From Trichosphaerium sp. ATCC 40318 (lineage: Eukaryota > Protista > Tubulinea), in contig JALMLS010000313.1 in NCBI GenBank assembly GCA_038496445.1, forward strand, positions 5,039 to 69,038: a stretch of 64,000 nucleotides of DNA, read 5' to 3'. The notes under the pieces are model-generated. The model was not told the origin of the DNA, did not search any database, and was given only the letters and a program-made list of their open reading frames with translations. Shown here one piece after another: positions 1 to 12,575 of the stretch; position 1 is the first letter of the stretch, and each line of letters opens with the position of its first letter. Position numbers and translations under genes: made by a program.

Positions 1-299
1 AGCAGTGCCATGAGTGAATACCAAGAGGCAATGCCTACAGTACGTGGCAATAGGAATTCCAAGATTGGGTGCCAAGAGGGAACGCCAAGAGTGAGAACAT
101 AAATAAAGTTAGCACTTGATTAATAAAAATAAAGTTAGGTAGATACAAAAAACAAAGAAAGGTAAGACGTACCGATTGCAAAGCAATCGAAAGATCATGC
201 CAAAAGTGAGCGCCAAGAGTGAATACCAAGACCAAGTACCTAGAACGTAAGCAAATTGTATAATGTATTTTATTTTTTGGAAGCTATTTCAGGTTATTG

Positions 300-361
300 A
301 AGAAGAGCTATTTCAAAGAAGTGCTATTTATAAGAAGTGCTAATTTAAGAAGTGCTATAAG
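300..361. repeat. Short tandem repeat, ~4 copies of a 12-16 bp unit AAGAAGTGCTATTT(NN)
   Basis: aagaagagctatttca/aagaagtgctatttat/aagaagtgctaattt/aagaagtgctat read directly. Confidence 0.75.
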
Positions 362-468
362 ATCCTATGACAAAAGGAGTTAGCAACGAAGGCGGCACTA
401 TAGTGCTACTGAAGGCTTTGTCTGATGTTGCTTGGATGAACTAGACAGGAACCTAAATAAAAAAAGAG

Positions 469-804
469 TTATCGAAAAACTAGCAAGCCCCTCGTCGTTT
501 GTGTTGCCAGAAAATCTGAAACAATTGTTAGTAAATACAACGTACATGCTAACGCGTAAGCTTTGAAGTTACGTTCAAGAGTTGCGCAAACTCTTAAAGC
601 TGCCTCCTCCTCTCGGAATGTGTCCTCGAAAATGAACACTGATACTATAGTTAAAGCTCTCTCTGTGAGAGCTGGCTTGTTTGTCAGGAAGACTATTCGC
701 TCCCAATGCATGTTAGACAGCCATTCTAACAGGGAACACTCCTTATCATCCTCAACTAGGTCAGGGAAGTGCCGCCCAAATGTGAGGTCTGTTGTAGCTA
801 GCAT
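469..804 (-). CDS. Possible exon of an uncharacterised gene
   Basis: 111-aa ORF with protein-like composition; no recognised domain; flanking exons not resolved. Confidence 0.25.
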   Translation of the reverse strand: MLATTDLTFGRHFPDLVEDDKECSLLEWLSNMHWERIVFLTNKPALTERALTIVSVFIFEDTFREEEAALRVCATLERNFKAYALACTLYLLTIVSDFLATQTTRGLLVFR

Positions 805-1174
805 GTAGAATGCTAGGTGACAGTGCTCGGACGCTATTTTACTGTAACGCTCTCGTATCAGTCTGCCCTACTGTACTACCCTATCCTGCTGCTCTTGCCT
901 GTTCTGACTCGCAAACTTCCATACCGTGTACAAAACTAAAACGGTTAAAAGACACGTACATTCAAGTCCCAAAAGTTGCTTCTGATAGATAACAATTTAT
1001 CTACACTCCCGTTAACATCCAAATTAAATCTGGAGTCACAGTGCTGCAGGTAGTTGCGTTGTACAGCAAGTTCGTCTACAACACTCTTCGCTACTGATTC
1101 ACTAGAAGCAAGGCATTAGGATCTGTTTGTAGGAACACTAACCACTTGTCTAGGAATATAAAGCTGGTGTTACT

Positions 1175-1310
1175 GGGAAGGTGCTCGTGGCTGGTAAGAA
1201 TCTGGAGGATTGCTGTCTACGAGCTTAACCAAAAGTCGGCAAGAGTGCTACAAACGCGTAGCAACATCACGTTTACAAACCTATCGGATTGGTTGTCTTT
1301 CTGCAACACG
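1175..1310 (+). pseudogene. Truncated, frameshifted fragment of the last exon of the novel 4-exon family (14026-14624 type)
   Basis: ~90% nucleotide match by eye to 14324-14463 (ELNQKSARVLQTRSNITFTNLSDW), with a 2-nt deletion. Confidence 0.85.
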
Positions 1311-1670
1311 TGTTTGCAAAATACTTGCAGACTTCATGTTCAGCTAGTGTATGTTAGCAATCGAAAGCGTTAAAAAGTTTGGGTGCCTATTTGTTCAGAT
1401 CATCTAGACCCCACTAGCGAGCCTCTCACAATCCACAAGATCTTGAATTGGTGGACTCTACAAAAATAAAGACTAAGAAAACCAATAGTAAACTTGTTCT
1501 TCGTACCAAAACACCGCACTCAGGTGTTGGTCTTAGCCCTTGTATCTTCCTAGCATCGCTTGCTTATACAGGTTATCAGTAGCTTAGTTTGATAATTTGT
1601 GTAACATACGTGTCCAAGGTCATAGCATATGTCAGTATCATGGTAAGCTGTTTGTGCCAAAATATCTGAA
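1311..1670 (-). pseudogene. Degenerate copy of the novel 4-exon family (2707-3292 type)
   Basis: 1433-1553 is nearly identical to 2988-3105 (exon 3, intron, SPPIQDLV); the downstream part has stops and frameshifts and an LNMKSASILQTR remnant. Confidence 0.75.
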
Positions 1671-2706
1671 AAAAAGTGAGTCATGCGAAATTTAAGCAAA
1701 CTACTCTAAAAATTGCACTTGTAGTCTTACATTGATTTGTAACGTGTGAAGCCTACGTGGATACCTCAAACCTAGAAGGCAGATCTGAGAAAAAAAAAGT
1801 AGAATTCCAAAACTTGAGCCTAATGAACAAATGCAATATTGACGTGTTCTCGTTAACTAATAAGAATAAACCTTATTTTACGTACCTATCGATTGTACCT
1901 TATTATATACTAATACGAACAGTTTAGTTAAATATACTATAAACGAGCCTTGGTGAGGAGTTGCTAGCTGTTGTTTAGAAGTGTTTAAAGTTTGAATCTT
2001 GCTTCACGTGGTATTTGAGCACTAAATAGCACGTGAAGCATGTTGCTGTGTCTTGTTAAACCCGTATGCAAGAAAGGGTGGTTGGCGGTTTAGCGTTCAA
2101 CGCAAGGGTTTTCACGTGAGTTTTGTGATTAAAATGGCTACAAGTGCACGTATTTACAGAATGGCACAGCGTGTACATGAGACCATAAGCACAGCATAGA
2201 AAACAGCTGTGGGTTGGAATAATTGTTTTAGAGTGACGATTTTCATGAGAACGTTTCCGCTTTTCGGTGTGAACGAAAATTTCTGTTTAATCTTTGCTAG
2301 CCACCAAGTACTTTTTTCCTATTTTAAATACTTCCAACCTGTTTAAAATACAATTTTGTATCGATTTATAGCCCAAAGCGTGCCTTTGAGGGCTTTTAAG
2401 CGATATAATTGTTGCAAAAAAAGGTTGTACAACCACGCAAAGTGAGGTTCATACTTTTTCGTAACCCGTCTCGCCCTAAACAATCATTCAAACGCCTTTG
2501 AATGTCTAAACAGCTATACTACGTAAAAAACATATACAGAGGCGGAAAGGTTTAACTTAAAAATGTCAAATTGCTTGTAAAAATAGTAACAATACAACGT
2601 GTCATCGAATAGTCAGGCTAATTGAAAAGCAAGTAAACACTCAAAGTAGTAAATACGTAAGAAATAGTAAAATAAAACCGAGAAAACAATACGTTTATTT
2701 CAGAAC

Positions 2707-3292
2707 TCATTGTTGATTAAGGACACGAACAAGTTTACCAATACATTCTGCCAAAGCGTTCAGATTAAATTTAAAATTACTGCGAGTCAAGAGATCCCAT
2801 TGGACTGCCAGCTCATCTACAACCTCCCTAGTAACTGCTTTTGTAAGTTGCGCAGCACTAGAGTCGGTTTGCATAAACAACAACCACTCTTGTAGGCACG
2901 CAAAGCTGATGTTGCTTTGGTTTTTTAGGAACTTTCCTGCCTTTTTGTTTAGCTCAGCTAGAGCGCCACAAACTAGCCCCTCACCGGTCACAAGATCTTG
3001 AATTGGTGGACTCTACAAAATAAAGACTAAGAAAAACAATAGTAAACTTGTTCTTCGTACCAAAACTTTGCACTCAGGTGTTGGTCTTAGCCCTTGTATC
3101 ATCCTACGATGGGCCAGGTTAATATCAAAAGAGAATGAAAAGAAATTAGAATTCGTCCAACACGTACTCCAGCTCTTCTTTGGTGAGTTCAATGCCGTTG
3201 ATAACCTTGTACACTTTATTGCTCCTACACAACATCTTACAAATGCAATAAAATGACACTATGAAGCCGCACTTGTTCTCGTTTGTACTCAT
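2707..3292 (-). CDS. Novel family member A, ~141 aa, 4 exons (MSTNENK-SNKVYKVINGIELTKEELE-MIQGLRPTPECKVL-SPPIQDLVTGEGL...VRVLNQQ)
   Basis: GT-AG introns in phases 2,2,0 join into one open frame; homologous to 14026-14624. Confidence 0.8.
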
Positions 3293-3762
3293 GGTCGTAT
3301 TGTAGAGTGATAGTAAAGTAAAGTCTTGACAAGTTGCTTTCTGTTAGACAAGATCCGATGTTTAAGTTGTCTGTTTAAGTTGTCTGTTTAAGGCAGCTTT
3401 CTAAGTCTGCTTGTCCATCTTACATTCCTCACACTGACATTGTTTGGCTTCTAACTTGTTAGTACATTCATCAAAAAGCAGCTGTTTTTCTGTTTAAACT
3501 GATTTACAACAGTACATCCTGCCTATGTACCGCGCATGGTGCACACGTTTGCTAATTGTTACGCAGCTTCAGTTTTAACACTCATGTTAACCTACTAGAC
3601 ACAGCATGAGCAGGAGAAAATACAGGGTACATTTTGTTAACAACGCGAGTCCGTAGCATTTTGTGTTACTTTATGCGCTTACAAAGTGAAATCACAACAA
3701 AAGTCGTCTGTGAAAGTCATTTATTGGCTATTAAACCTATGGAACCATTTCTTATCACCACA

Positions 3763-5580
3763 TTACTCTTCACTTTCCTCTTTAGAGGACTTGTTAGATT
3801 TAGAAGACTTCTCTTCCTTTTTGGAAGATTTATCGTCTCCAGCTTCTGATTTCGCTCTACGAGAGCTCTTCTTACGACTGCTTCTTGATGCACGAGCAGT
3901 TACAGGTTTCCCATTAGAGGATACCTCATCTTTGCTATTACCACGTGCGCTACAACATGTAACTGTAAACAACAGATTGTATATTTTAGATTCACTCACC
4001 TCTTAGTACGCCTATGAGACCTCTCTTGCTTTGCACCAGTCGCCATTGTATTCCGTCGCTTCTTTTTAATAGCTTTAATATCTGGAATAATGAGACGCTT
4101 ATCTGGTGGCGGTTTGGTGCATGGTGCAGAGATGACTAGATAAAAGATCAGTAACAAACCAATTTTGAACAGAAAAATACTGTACGTACCATCTTTAAGC
4201 ATGAATTCAAGGTAGCGCTTCGCGTAATCGGAAGCAGGTACAGTGGATAGAGTATCTATGGATTGTATTTTAGTGTAACATGCAAATAAAGTATATTTCG
4301 CGCACTCTCTTTCCACAAGGTACGTTTGAACATGTTGGCCAGTTTTTTTTTCGCGGAGAAATTTGTGAGGCAATCAATAATACCCATTACGTAGACTTCG
4401 TTGTATTCGCCTTCCAAATTGAACCCTCTGTAAATCTTAAAGCCTCGGAACCTTGCAGTGATGTTAAAACAATAAATAAGTATTTTTCCAAGCATACTTT
4501 CTCTTATTCTTGTTGTACTGTTCCTCGGTGTATACGCCAGCGAGTAAACTATAATCCATCACATTACAACCTTGTAATAGCTATAGTTATCGAGTTAGCG
4601 CGGTTTTCCTCGTTTACAAAATAAGATAGTGTTACTCGCCTGAACATCTGCATAGATTTGTGCCAGGTAATGCTTGTGATCCTGCCAGCGTTTGAAAGTA
4701 AACTGACGAGTAATTTCGTTATCTTTACGAATATTGTCGGCAACAGGTGCGCGATCATAAGGACCTTTGGCTGGCTTTGGCTTACGACCCTAGGAGCTTG
4801 TTGAAATTAAAGTGAAAAGAAGGACTCTTACTTTTAAGTCGTATTTCTCTTTTGTCTGGCATAATGTCAGCGTTACGTGTAGCAGATGTATGTAGTACCT
4901 TGACTTTAGGAAGTAAGTTGCCCATCACAATAACCCAGACCTTTTCTCCTTCAATCTCAATGCGGTTTAATGCGTAAATGCGCATCATAAACGATTTTTT
5001 GTACTTTTCGAGGTGCTGACAAAAGTTATTTTTTTGCGAACAAAACATTATAAAAGAGCTCCTTGACGCACTTGCACATATTGAGGTAGCATATGAAGTA
5101 AAGTACCAACTTCGTCATGAATAAGAGTTTTAAAAAAGAACCTTGTGTCTGTTGTCAAGAAGAAGCGTGAACCAGAGCGACTCGCGACATTGTCACCTTC
5201 CAATGCGGCCTCTTTTGGAACTTCCCACGATTTCTATTGAGGACGCGTTAGCGAAGTCACTAAAGCTACTAAACGACGTACGAGAAAGCTTTCATGGTCA
5301 ATACCGTTTAACATTCGTAGATGACGAAATACTTGAGGCGCATAGTCCTTGTATGCAACCTTACCGCTACTATTATCGCTTAGAACAAGTATGTAAAAGA
5401 AAAATCGCACTTTGTTGTATCAACTGTATCATTTTCCTCAACATGGTACTCCGTAGCGGTTAAATCTTCTACGATGTTATTTTCAGCCTCTGAAACCTAG
5501 ATTTTGTTACAACCTTTTATTCTAATGGCACTTACCATCTTTCTGATGGCTTCAATTGTACTAACAACAAACGAGGACAT
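3763..5580 (-). CDS. Phosphatidylinositol phosphate kinase (PIP5K family), multi-exon, with a Lys/Ser-rich C-terminal tail
   Basis: Spliced motifs YKDYAPQVFRHLR, SRSGSRFFLTTDTRFFFKT, YDLKGR, KDNE, MDYSLL, GIIDCLTNFSAKKKLA, LSTVPASDYAKRY. Confidence 0.92.
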
Positions 5581-5890
5581 GGAGGACTTCTCGTGCGATT
5601 ACTACTTACGAAAAAAATAGACCAAATAAACGCTTGTTGTAGCAAAAGCGCGTAAAAAGGACAACAATGAACACGACACGACAGACCAATAATGCAACTC
5701 TAATAAAAGTTCTTTTATTGGCTGCTGAGGCGGGATGCTTCCCTGGCATGCTGCTAGGTTGGCAAACGACTTAAGCTAGGTAACGTTGGCGTCGGTAGAG
5801 TATTTGAAACATTTCGCCAAAACTAGCCAAAACCTGTCCTGTTTTACTTACGCAGCTTAATTGTTGAATTTTTATGCAGAGCACTTTATT

Positions 5891-7936
5891 CTAGTGTAGA
5901 TGGAGCACAGCTTCATGATCAAATGAGCTTGGTGGGGTGACTTTGTGGGTACCACTTCCCAAAGTACCAGCAGACACTCTATTTCCTGTCGTAGGATCAT
6001 ACCATTCGGCTGAGAGTGCAGATGGTACATGGGATAATGTGACAGAAAATGTGCTTTTAGTAGATGCAAAAGCGATATACTCTTTTCCAGTGCTCGCAAG
6101 CCCGTACACGGTATCACCAGAAGTGGAAGAAATCTAAAAAAAAATTAGTTCGAGAAAACGTCGTCAAACAAATAATCACTCACAAAATCGTTGTTTGGTT
6201 CCATCTCCCAGTACTTTATGTTGGAAAAAAACTCCTTCAGCAATTTACAGTACTTGTAACCTGGAGTCTCGTCCTACGTAAAATTTTAGTTGTGACGAAG
6301 TAACAAAAAAGAATCACGTGATTTTTCTTTTTCGTACCATTGTTATAACATCCCAAGCGGAATCGTCGTAGTACCTTTATTAATTGTTAATTTTCTTTAG
6401 CTTGTATGTCTAGGGTACGTACCAAGCTCCATATCCGCCAGCCATGTACAATGACCACATGACAGGAAGCATCACAATAGCAGGGCTGATTATTTTATGT
6501 GAAAAAAACAGGAAAGAACAAAATACGAATACCTGTGTTGTCCATAAGTAGGGATAGGCCCTTGCTCATACAAAAACTATAACGAAATAAGCTGCAAGAC
6601 AGGATTGTTTTAAATAATTGACGCACTTCCACGTTGGTAACAGGAATATTATGCGATTTTCGAGATTCGATAATATTATTGTAGTAGTTGTTGTGTACTT
6701 GAGCTGAAATGAAGTCGCAATAGCTCCAGTCCGGACAGTGAGTGTGAGATGTTATGAGACGCTTATGAGCATTCAATTTGGCGAGTAGTGGTAGCCTAGT
6801 AGCCCAGTACGAATCTTTTTCGCGGTTGGCTTCCTATATAACGAAAAATTAGAGGTTAATATTGAGCTTTTCCTACCTTAGATATGTCGAAGATAATATT
6901 AGAGTAAGCACCGTATCGAGCTGCGACATAACGCCAGAAAAGATCATCTTGAGGACTTTCATGTGCAGGCCACTGTACAGCTTTATTCCAAACGGTAATC
7001 ATCAAGTGACAAACAGCACCATACTTTTTGAGTGTATCCATCACCTCATCGAAGTGGTTAAAGTACGTTAGATCCATACTGTTGTAGTCAAGTCTTCCAT
7101 TGTCTCCCCAAGGAGTAAGAGTAGTTGGCGCAACGCGTGGAGGAGCACTGACTTTCTTTCCCCAATTGCTGTAGTTCGCATACACGTTTACCAAGTATTG
7201 GTTGAATCCGTAAGATGTCGTCATTTTTACGAAACTATCAAGCTCTACGTTTGTTTTGACACCACGCAGGCCGAGAGCCCAAAGCCAATCTGCTTCATAA
7301 CCCATCATAAAGTAGCGAGTGCCGTCTTCGTAGATAAAGTGATGTTTGTGCTCCGGGTCTACAATTACGCCACCGTGAGCAGAGGCATTCTTTGGTGTAC
7401 AAGCGACGCTTCCTTTGTGCCCATTTAAAGAAGATTCGCTTGAGCTTGAAACCCAATCCCAAGTACCTTTTTCACTGTTAATGATGGTTGTATTACGCGG
7501 ACTTGCCTTCAGTGTCAGGAGAGAATCTCACTTTCCAGAAGTTGTTGCCATCGTAGAACGCAGTCACTGTCGCCGTAGGGTACCTGGAGGCTGATAGAGA
7601 TATGGTACTTTTCAAAGTAAATGTCACCTCCACATTCAACTGTGTTGGAAAGGTTAGAGTAAACTTCTTTCAGTTTTTTTTTTTTCGGAAAAGACGTTTA
7701 TGCTCACGTGTTAAAGAGAGCGTTTTGTTGCTGCTCATTTACGGTTTATACCATTTTGGCCCTTTCAAGGCGTAAAAGTGAAGCAACCAAAATTGTTTTG
7801 AAAAAAAACGTGCCGTGAAAGGGTTTCCTGAAGTACTGCCAGAGAGAGCTAGCTCAAATATTTCGAATCGCTTTACAGTCTGACACGAAGTAAACACTAC
7901 AAGAGTAGCGAGAACTAGCGCTAATTTGTGTAACAT
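5891..7936 (-). CDS. Secreted DUF5060/DUF4038 (apiosidase/GH140-like) protein with a C-terminal collagen-binding-like beta domain
   Basis: Signal peptide MLHKLALVLATLVVFTSC; FEIFELALSGSTSGNPF; YFNHFDEVMDTL; FWRYVAARYGAYSNIIFDI; C-terminal AEWYDPTTG...DHEAVLHLH; many introns. Confidence 0.75.
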
Positions 7937-8045
7937 GGCGTGCGATAGTCAAATCGTGCTGTAACAAATACAAAAAAGACGAGTTGCGACCACAAGTGAT
8001 TCGATAAATTGGTACAAAAACAACTTTTTGAACGTTGAACCGACA

Positions 8046-9164
8046 ATGAGTGGTTCCATTCAAGTTACTAGCGCTGCTGACGGTAGAGTATGGGTAATTA
8101 CGTTAAATAGAGGTGAGTTACGTGTTGATAACGCAAACTTACACCAGCGAAGGTAAAAACGCCTTCAACCCAACCTTAGTAAAGGAGTTACACGCTGCGT
8201 TAGATAGAGTTGAACAGTACGGAAAACTACGTTTTTCATAACATCTGACGCAAGGGAGAGCCCCAGGACCATGTTCATTGGTTATCACTGGTGCGGGTAA
8301 ATTTTTCTCTAATGGGTGCGTTAAACAACCACACCAACGCGTAAAATTAACACCAGCGACTTATAGGCTCGATTTGGAATACTTTTCGAAGCATGGGGAC
8401 TTGGGCGCCTTTGTTAAAGTTGTTTGGACAGTCCTAGAAAGGTAAATAACCCTCACGGCTTTTCAGCGCTAAAAATCGTTGGTATTGGTCAATTTCCCGT
8501 TCAACAACAATGAAAAACTTTTAACTGTATCCCAGGATTCTCGTATTCCCATACCCTACAGTCGCTGCTATCAATGGTACGCTTATGCTTAGTACTACCA
8601 TAGCCTGAGAGTAGTTATGAATTCGTTATTTTTGGTGTAGAGGCTCATAGTCACGTGTAGGCCACGCCTTTGGGGCAGGTGCATTCTTAGCCCTGGCTTG
8701 TGATTATAGGCTGATGAGAACTAAGCGTGGATTTTGGTGCTGTCCTGAGGCTGCAATTCCTTTACCTTTCTCTGCGTTCAAGTACGTTTGTCATTTAAAA
8801 AAGCAGCTTGTTTTTTGCAATTTCCATGTTGACACGACTACAGAGCGTTTTTGTTGAAGCTTACACCAAACACTCGACGCACAACGGTATGTGCTATAAT
8901 ATATTATACTAGAATAAGTTACTAAACGAAATATTGTAGGCTTTGACTGCCAAGAGGTGGAATGCTAAAGAAGCTTTAGAAGCAGGTATTGTAGATGCAG
9001 TAGCAGATATCGACTCTCTGGTTGAGAAGAGCATTGCTTTTGGCTCCTCTATTGCTAAGATTGACACCAACAGAGACAATTACGTCGCTATTAAGAAGGA
9101 GATTTATGCTGATGTCTTGGACATCTTGCATGAAGGCCAGAAGCAAATGGCACCAAAATTGTAA
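8046..9164 (+). CDS. Enoyl-CoA delta isomerase / crotonase-fold protein with PTS1-like C-terminus (PKL)
   Basis: Spliced VWVITLNR, KNAFNP, ITGAGKFFSNGLDL, PTVAAINGHAFGAGAFLALACDYRLM, WNAKEALEAGIVD; ends APKL*. Confidence 0.9.
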
Positions 9165-9762
9165 GTTACAATTTGCAATATAAATTCACTTAATTTCTGG
9201 AAATGCTGCACTCGGAAAAGAATGAAGTAGAGCCTGATTACCGCCTGAAGTGGTATGATTTTCAGGGTAGGAATAGCGCGTTTCAATATTTCTTTCCTAG
9301 TCCTCAATCCCTAAACCCGAAAGAGTGAAAATTGCAGAATAAGCGTGTGTTTTTTACAAAGTAGTTGGCAGTTTAGCACTACCCAGCCCTTTCACTTATA
9401 ACGTACCTGTCGCTAGTTAAATCAAAGAAGTTAACCTGGATAGAGTAACTACATGTCACAGTTACGAGCAAAAACAAGCTAAAATGGGGCTATCGTTAAT
9501 CCGTTTTTCAGTCGATACTCGTCAACTCCAAAACTGACAAATAAACTAGTGGTACGGTTACGTTCTCCCTCCCCAGAGCTCAATGTGATACTGCTTTGAT
9601 TGGGCTTGACTTTAACATTTGTTTTACTGTAACTTTTGTTCGGATTTGAGAAAAAACACGCACAACGAAACGATACGCAACGTTAAAAATAGCGCCACTT
9701 TACAAAAGTATATCTTACTTGCATTCATCGCTACACCTATCGTATCATTTTAGAGGCCAATA

Positions 9763-11034
9763 ATGGAAGCGAAACGGTGTGAAGAAGCCTCAAGTCTTAC
9801 CAATATCAACACGGAGCTTTTAGACTTACCAACAGAGATTATCGCTCATTTGCTACAGTTTTTGAATCGGAATTATCTATTTTCTATTTCCCAGAGCTGC
9901 AAACGACTATGTACTATTACGCGGTATCACGTCGGATATGAAACAATAACTATTCGAGAACGTTCTCAACGAAGAGCCAGTTTGTGTTGCAAATTTCTTC
10001 GTGGCCGTCCATTTTTAAGTAATACGCAAATAACTGTATGGAATGAACTAACAGACTCAGATCTTAGTATGCTCTCTGGGGTTCGACACCTTATGATTAG
10101 AGAGGCTACCTTGATAACAGACAACGGATTGAAGTCTCTTTGTGGTGTTCGCTACTTATCATTAATGAACTCTGAAAACATCACAGACGCAGGATTAGCG
10201 CCGCTAGTGGGAGACCTAAGGGCTATTCAATTGCACAATATCACGAACGTAACCTCAGAGGCTATGAAAGCTTTTGCTGGGATACCAAATATAAGTATTG
10301 CATACTCTCCCGCTGTTACAGATGACGTTTTAGTTGCATTATCAGGAGTAAACGTGATAGATTTAGCTGGTTGTGAGAGCATTACGGATACTGGTGTTTC
10401 AGCTTTGGCTGGTGTTCATACCATAAAGTTGTGTGCTACGAATGTGACAGATGAAGGTGTTTCAGCTTTGGTTGGTGTACACACAGCCAATTTTTATGGT
10501 TGTAAGGGTATCACTGTAGAGTGTATGAAATATCTCGCAGGTGTACACAATATCACCCTATCGGAAACAAACGCAACAGATAATTGGATTAAACATCTGT
10601 CTGGTGTACACACTATCCATCTTCGATATTGTGGTATCACTGGTACGTGTTTCAAATATCTATCTGGAGTGCATGAAATTGATCTATCGAACTGTAATAA
10701 TATCAATGGAGATCACATGAAATACCTTGCTGGCGTACACACCATTCACCTTTCATCAACAAATGTAACAGATGATTGGATTAAACATTTGTCTGGTGTA
10801 CACACTATCCACCTTGTATCATGTCCAGGTATCACTGGCGAGAGTATGAAATACCTTTCAAATGCACACACTATCAATTTATGTACCAATAATGTAACAC
10901 CTGATTGGATCACCGATCTTTCCGGGGTTCAGAAGATAATGTTGAGCACCGCCGAAACTATCGAGTATCTGAAAACACTGGAAGGGTACCACGTATTTCA
11001 ATATTATTACATGCATGTCGTATATAAAATTTAG
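9763..11034 (+). CDS. F-box / leucine-rich repeat protein, intronless, 423 aa
   Basis: F-box LLDLPTEIIAHLLQFL...SQSCKRL followed by ~14 repeats of ~22-24 aa (LSGVHTIxLxxxxxITD). Confidence 0.92.
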   Translation: MEAKRCEEASSLTNINTELLDLPTEIIAHLLQFLNRNYLFSISQSCKRLCTITRYHVGYETITIRERSQRRASLCCKFLRGRPFLSNTQITVWNELTDSDLSMLSGVRHLMIREATLITDNGLKSLCGVRYLSLMNSENITDAGLAPLVGDLRAIQLHNITNVTSEAMKAFAGIPNISIAYSPAVTDDVLVALSGVNVIDLAGCESITDTGVSALAGVHTIKLCATNVTDEGVSALVGVHTANFYGCKGITVECMKYLAGVHNITLSETNATDNWIKHLSGVHTIHLRYCGITGTCFKYLSGVHEIDLSNCNNINGDHMKYLAGVHTIHLSSTNVTDDWIKHLSGVHTIHLVSCPGITGESMKYLSNAHTINLCTNNVTPDWITDLSGVQKIMLSTAETIEYLKTLEGYHVFQYYYMHVVYKI

Positions 11035-12284
11035 TGAGCGAACGTAGGATTCTTGGCCAAGCAATCGACCAAAAGCGAGCAACTCTGTATTCACTTGCGT
11101 CCGCTTTCTCGTATTTTTTTAACAAACAAGGGGAAGATGTATTCCATACAAATGTGTTAATTAAAAAATGTTACAATTCTAATTTAGTAATTATGTATTT
11201 TTAACATTTGCCACAGCTCTGTTGTGGTATGACAAGAAGCCAATACCTGTAAGACTTTACCATTGTAATTTGTAGGAATCATTGACATGGAATATCGATA
11301 AAAAAGATAAGCGATATCCATTTTTTATTGGTCATTATTCATTACTGTGAGTACGTACTTCTTTGTAAGAAGCAGCTCGTTTTACGCATGAGAAGGCAAA
11401 CGCCACAACAAAACATGAGTCACGGAGATGGTTTGGGTTATGAGTAATGACTTACTAAAAAATGGGTTCATCGTAACTGTTTTAATAGTACCAAAATTAA
11501 CTTCTTTGGCGACAATAACCAAGACAAATCAGACTACGGAGGCGAAACTATCTCAATATATTCTAAACAAAATAGTCTATTTTTGACGCGTTTAGGCTGC
11601 CGCACTTTGGTTTGTCGTGTACTTGTAGGACTTTTAAATAATTTATTTTACAACAGTATCAAAACTCCCTAAAACTTGCATTTTGAACGAGGAAAATGAT
11701 AATAATTGATAGTGCTCACTGATATTGCGCATTGTTTTTCTTTTAGGAAGCTGTATCTTTTCTTTTCTTGCAGAGTGCGTTCATTATTTATTTCTCTCGT
11801 GTCATAAGAGTTTAATTTCGAATATTTCCGGGTGAGATTCGAACAAATCCTGATAAATCACGACATTAGAGTTACAAGCGATTAGTAACTACAAAAGGTA
11901 ACTTCAATTGTCGGAGTTCTTTGTAAATTTACACGAACCAAAGATATCCAGTGATTCGTCCAAAAAACATACTTCGGAAATTTTACTAAAACAGTCTTCC
12001 TAACTCCGCAACATATCTTGTCATCACTGGAGAGGGTCAGTTTGGTTATTTGACGGTAACACAGAGTCTCAGATTGACGATATCATCGAGCAATTTTCTT
12101 GTGTACAACTTGGAGACTCAGCTTTTGATAACATCTCCTTTATAGTGAACCTTATTTGCGGTAAGACCTTAGTACAATGTTGAGTTGAAGTACACGCAAA
12201 GCAAGACCGCACACAGTAGCTTATATTTTTACTAGGGCTCTACGTTCCTTCATGGTAACAGATGCGAGAATAAACTCTACAATG

Positions 12285-12575
12285 TGTTGTGTTAACAGCT
12301 ACATGTTGTAGCACGTGGTAATAGCAATGGGGTATCCTCTGATGGGAAACCCGTAACTGCGTGTGCATAAAAGAAGCAGTCGTAAGAAGAGCTCTCGTAG
12401 AGCGAAATCAGAAGCTGGAGACGATAAATCTTCCAAAAAGGAAGAGAAGTCTTCTAAATCTAACAAGTCCTCCAAAGAGGAAAGTGTAGAATAAGGCGAT
12501 GACAAGAACTGAAGCTCTGTGGGATCAATAGCCAATAAATGTGTTTTACAGAAGACTTTTGTTACGATTTCGGTC
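12285..12575 (+). pseudogene. Duplicated last intron end, last exon and 3' UTR of the PIP5K gene
   Basis: Near-identical to the reverse complement of ~3690-3975 (SSRKKSSRRAKSEAGDDKSSKKEEK), with small deletions and a premature stop. Confidence 0.9.

Noticed and set aside
3686-4624. Plus-strand ORFs 3686-4006 and 4280-4624, and similar antisense ORFs such as 31291-31776, 41149-41559 and 48325-48717
   Set aside because: They are shadows of real genes on the opposite strand.
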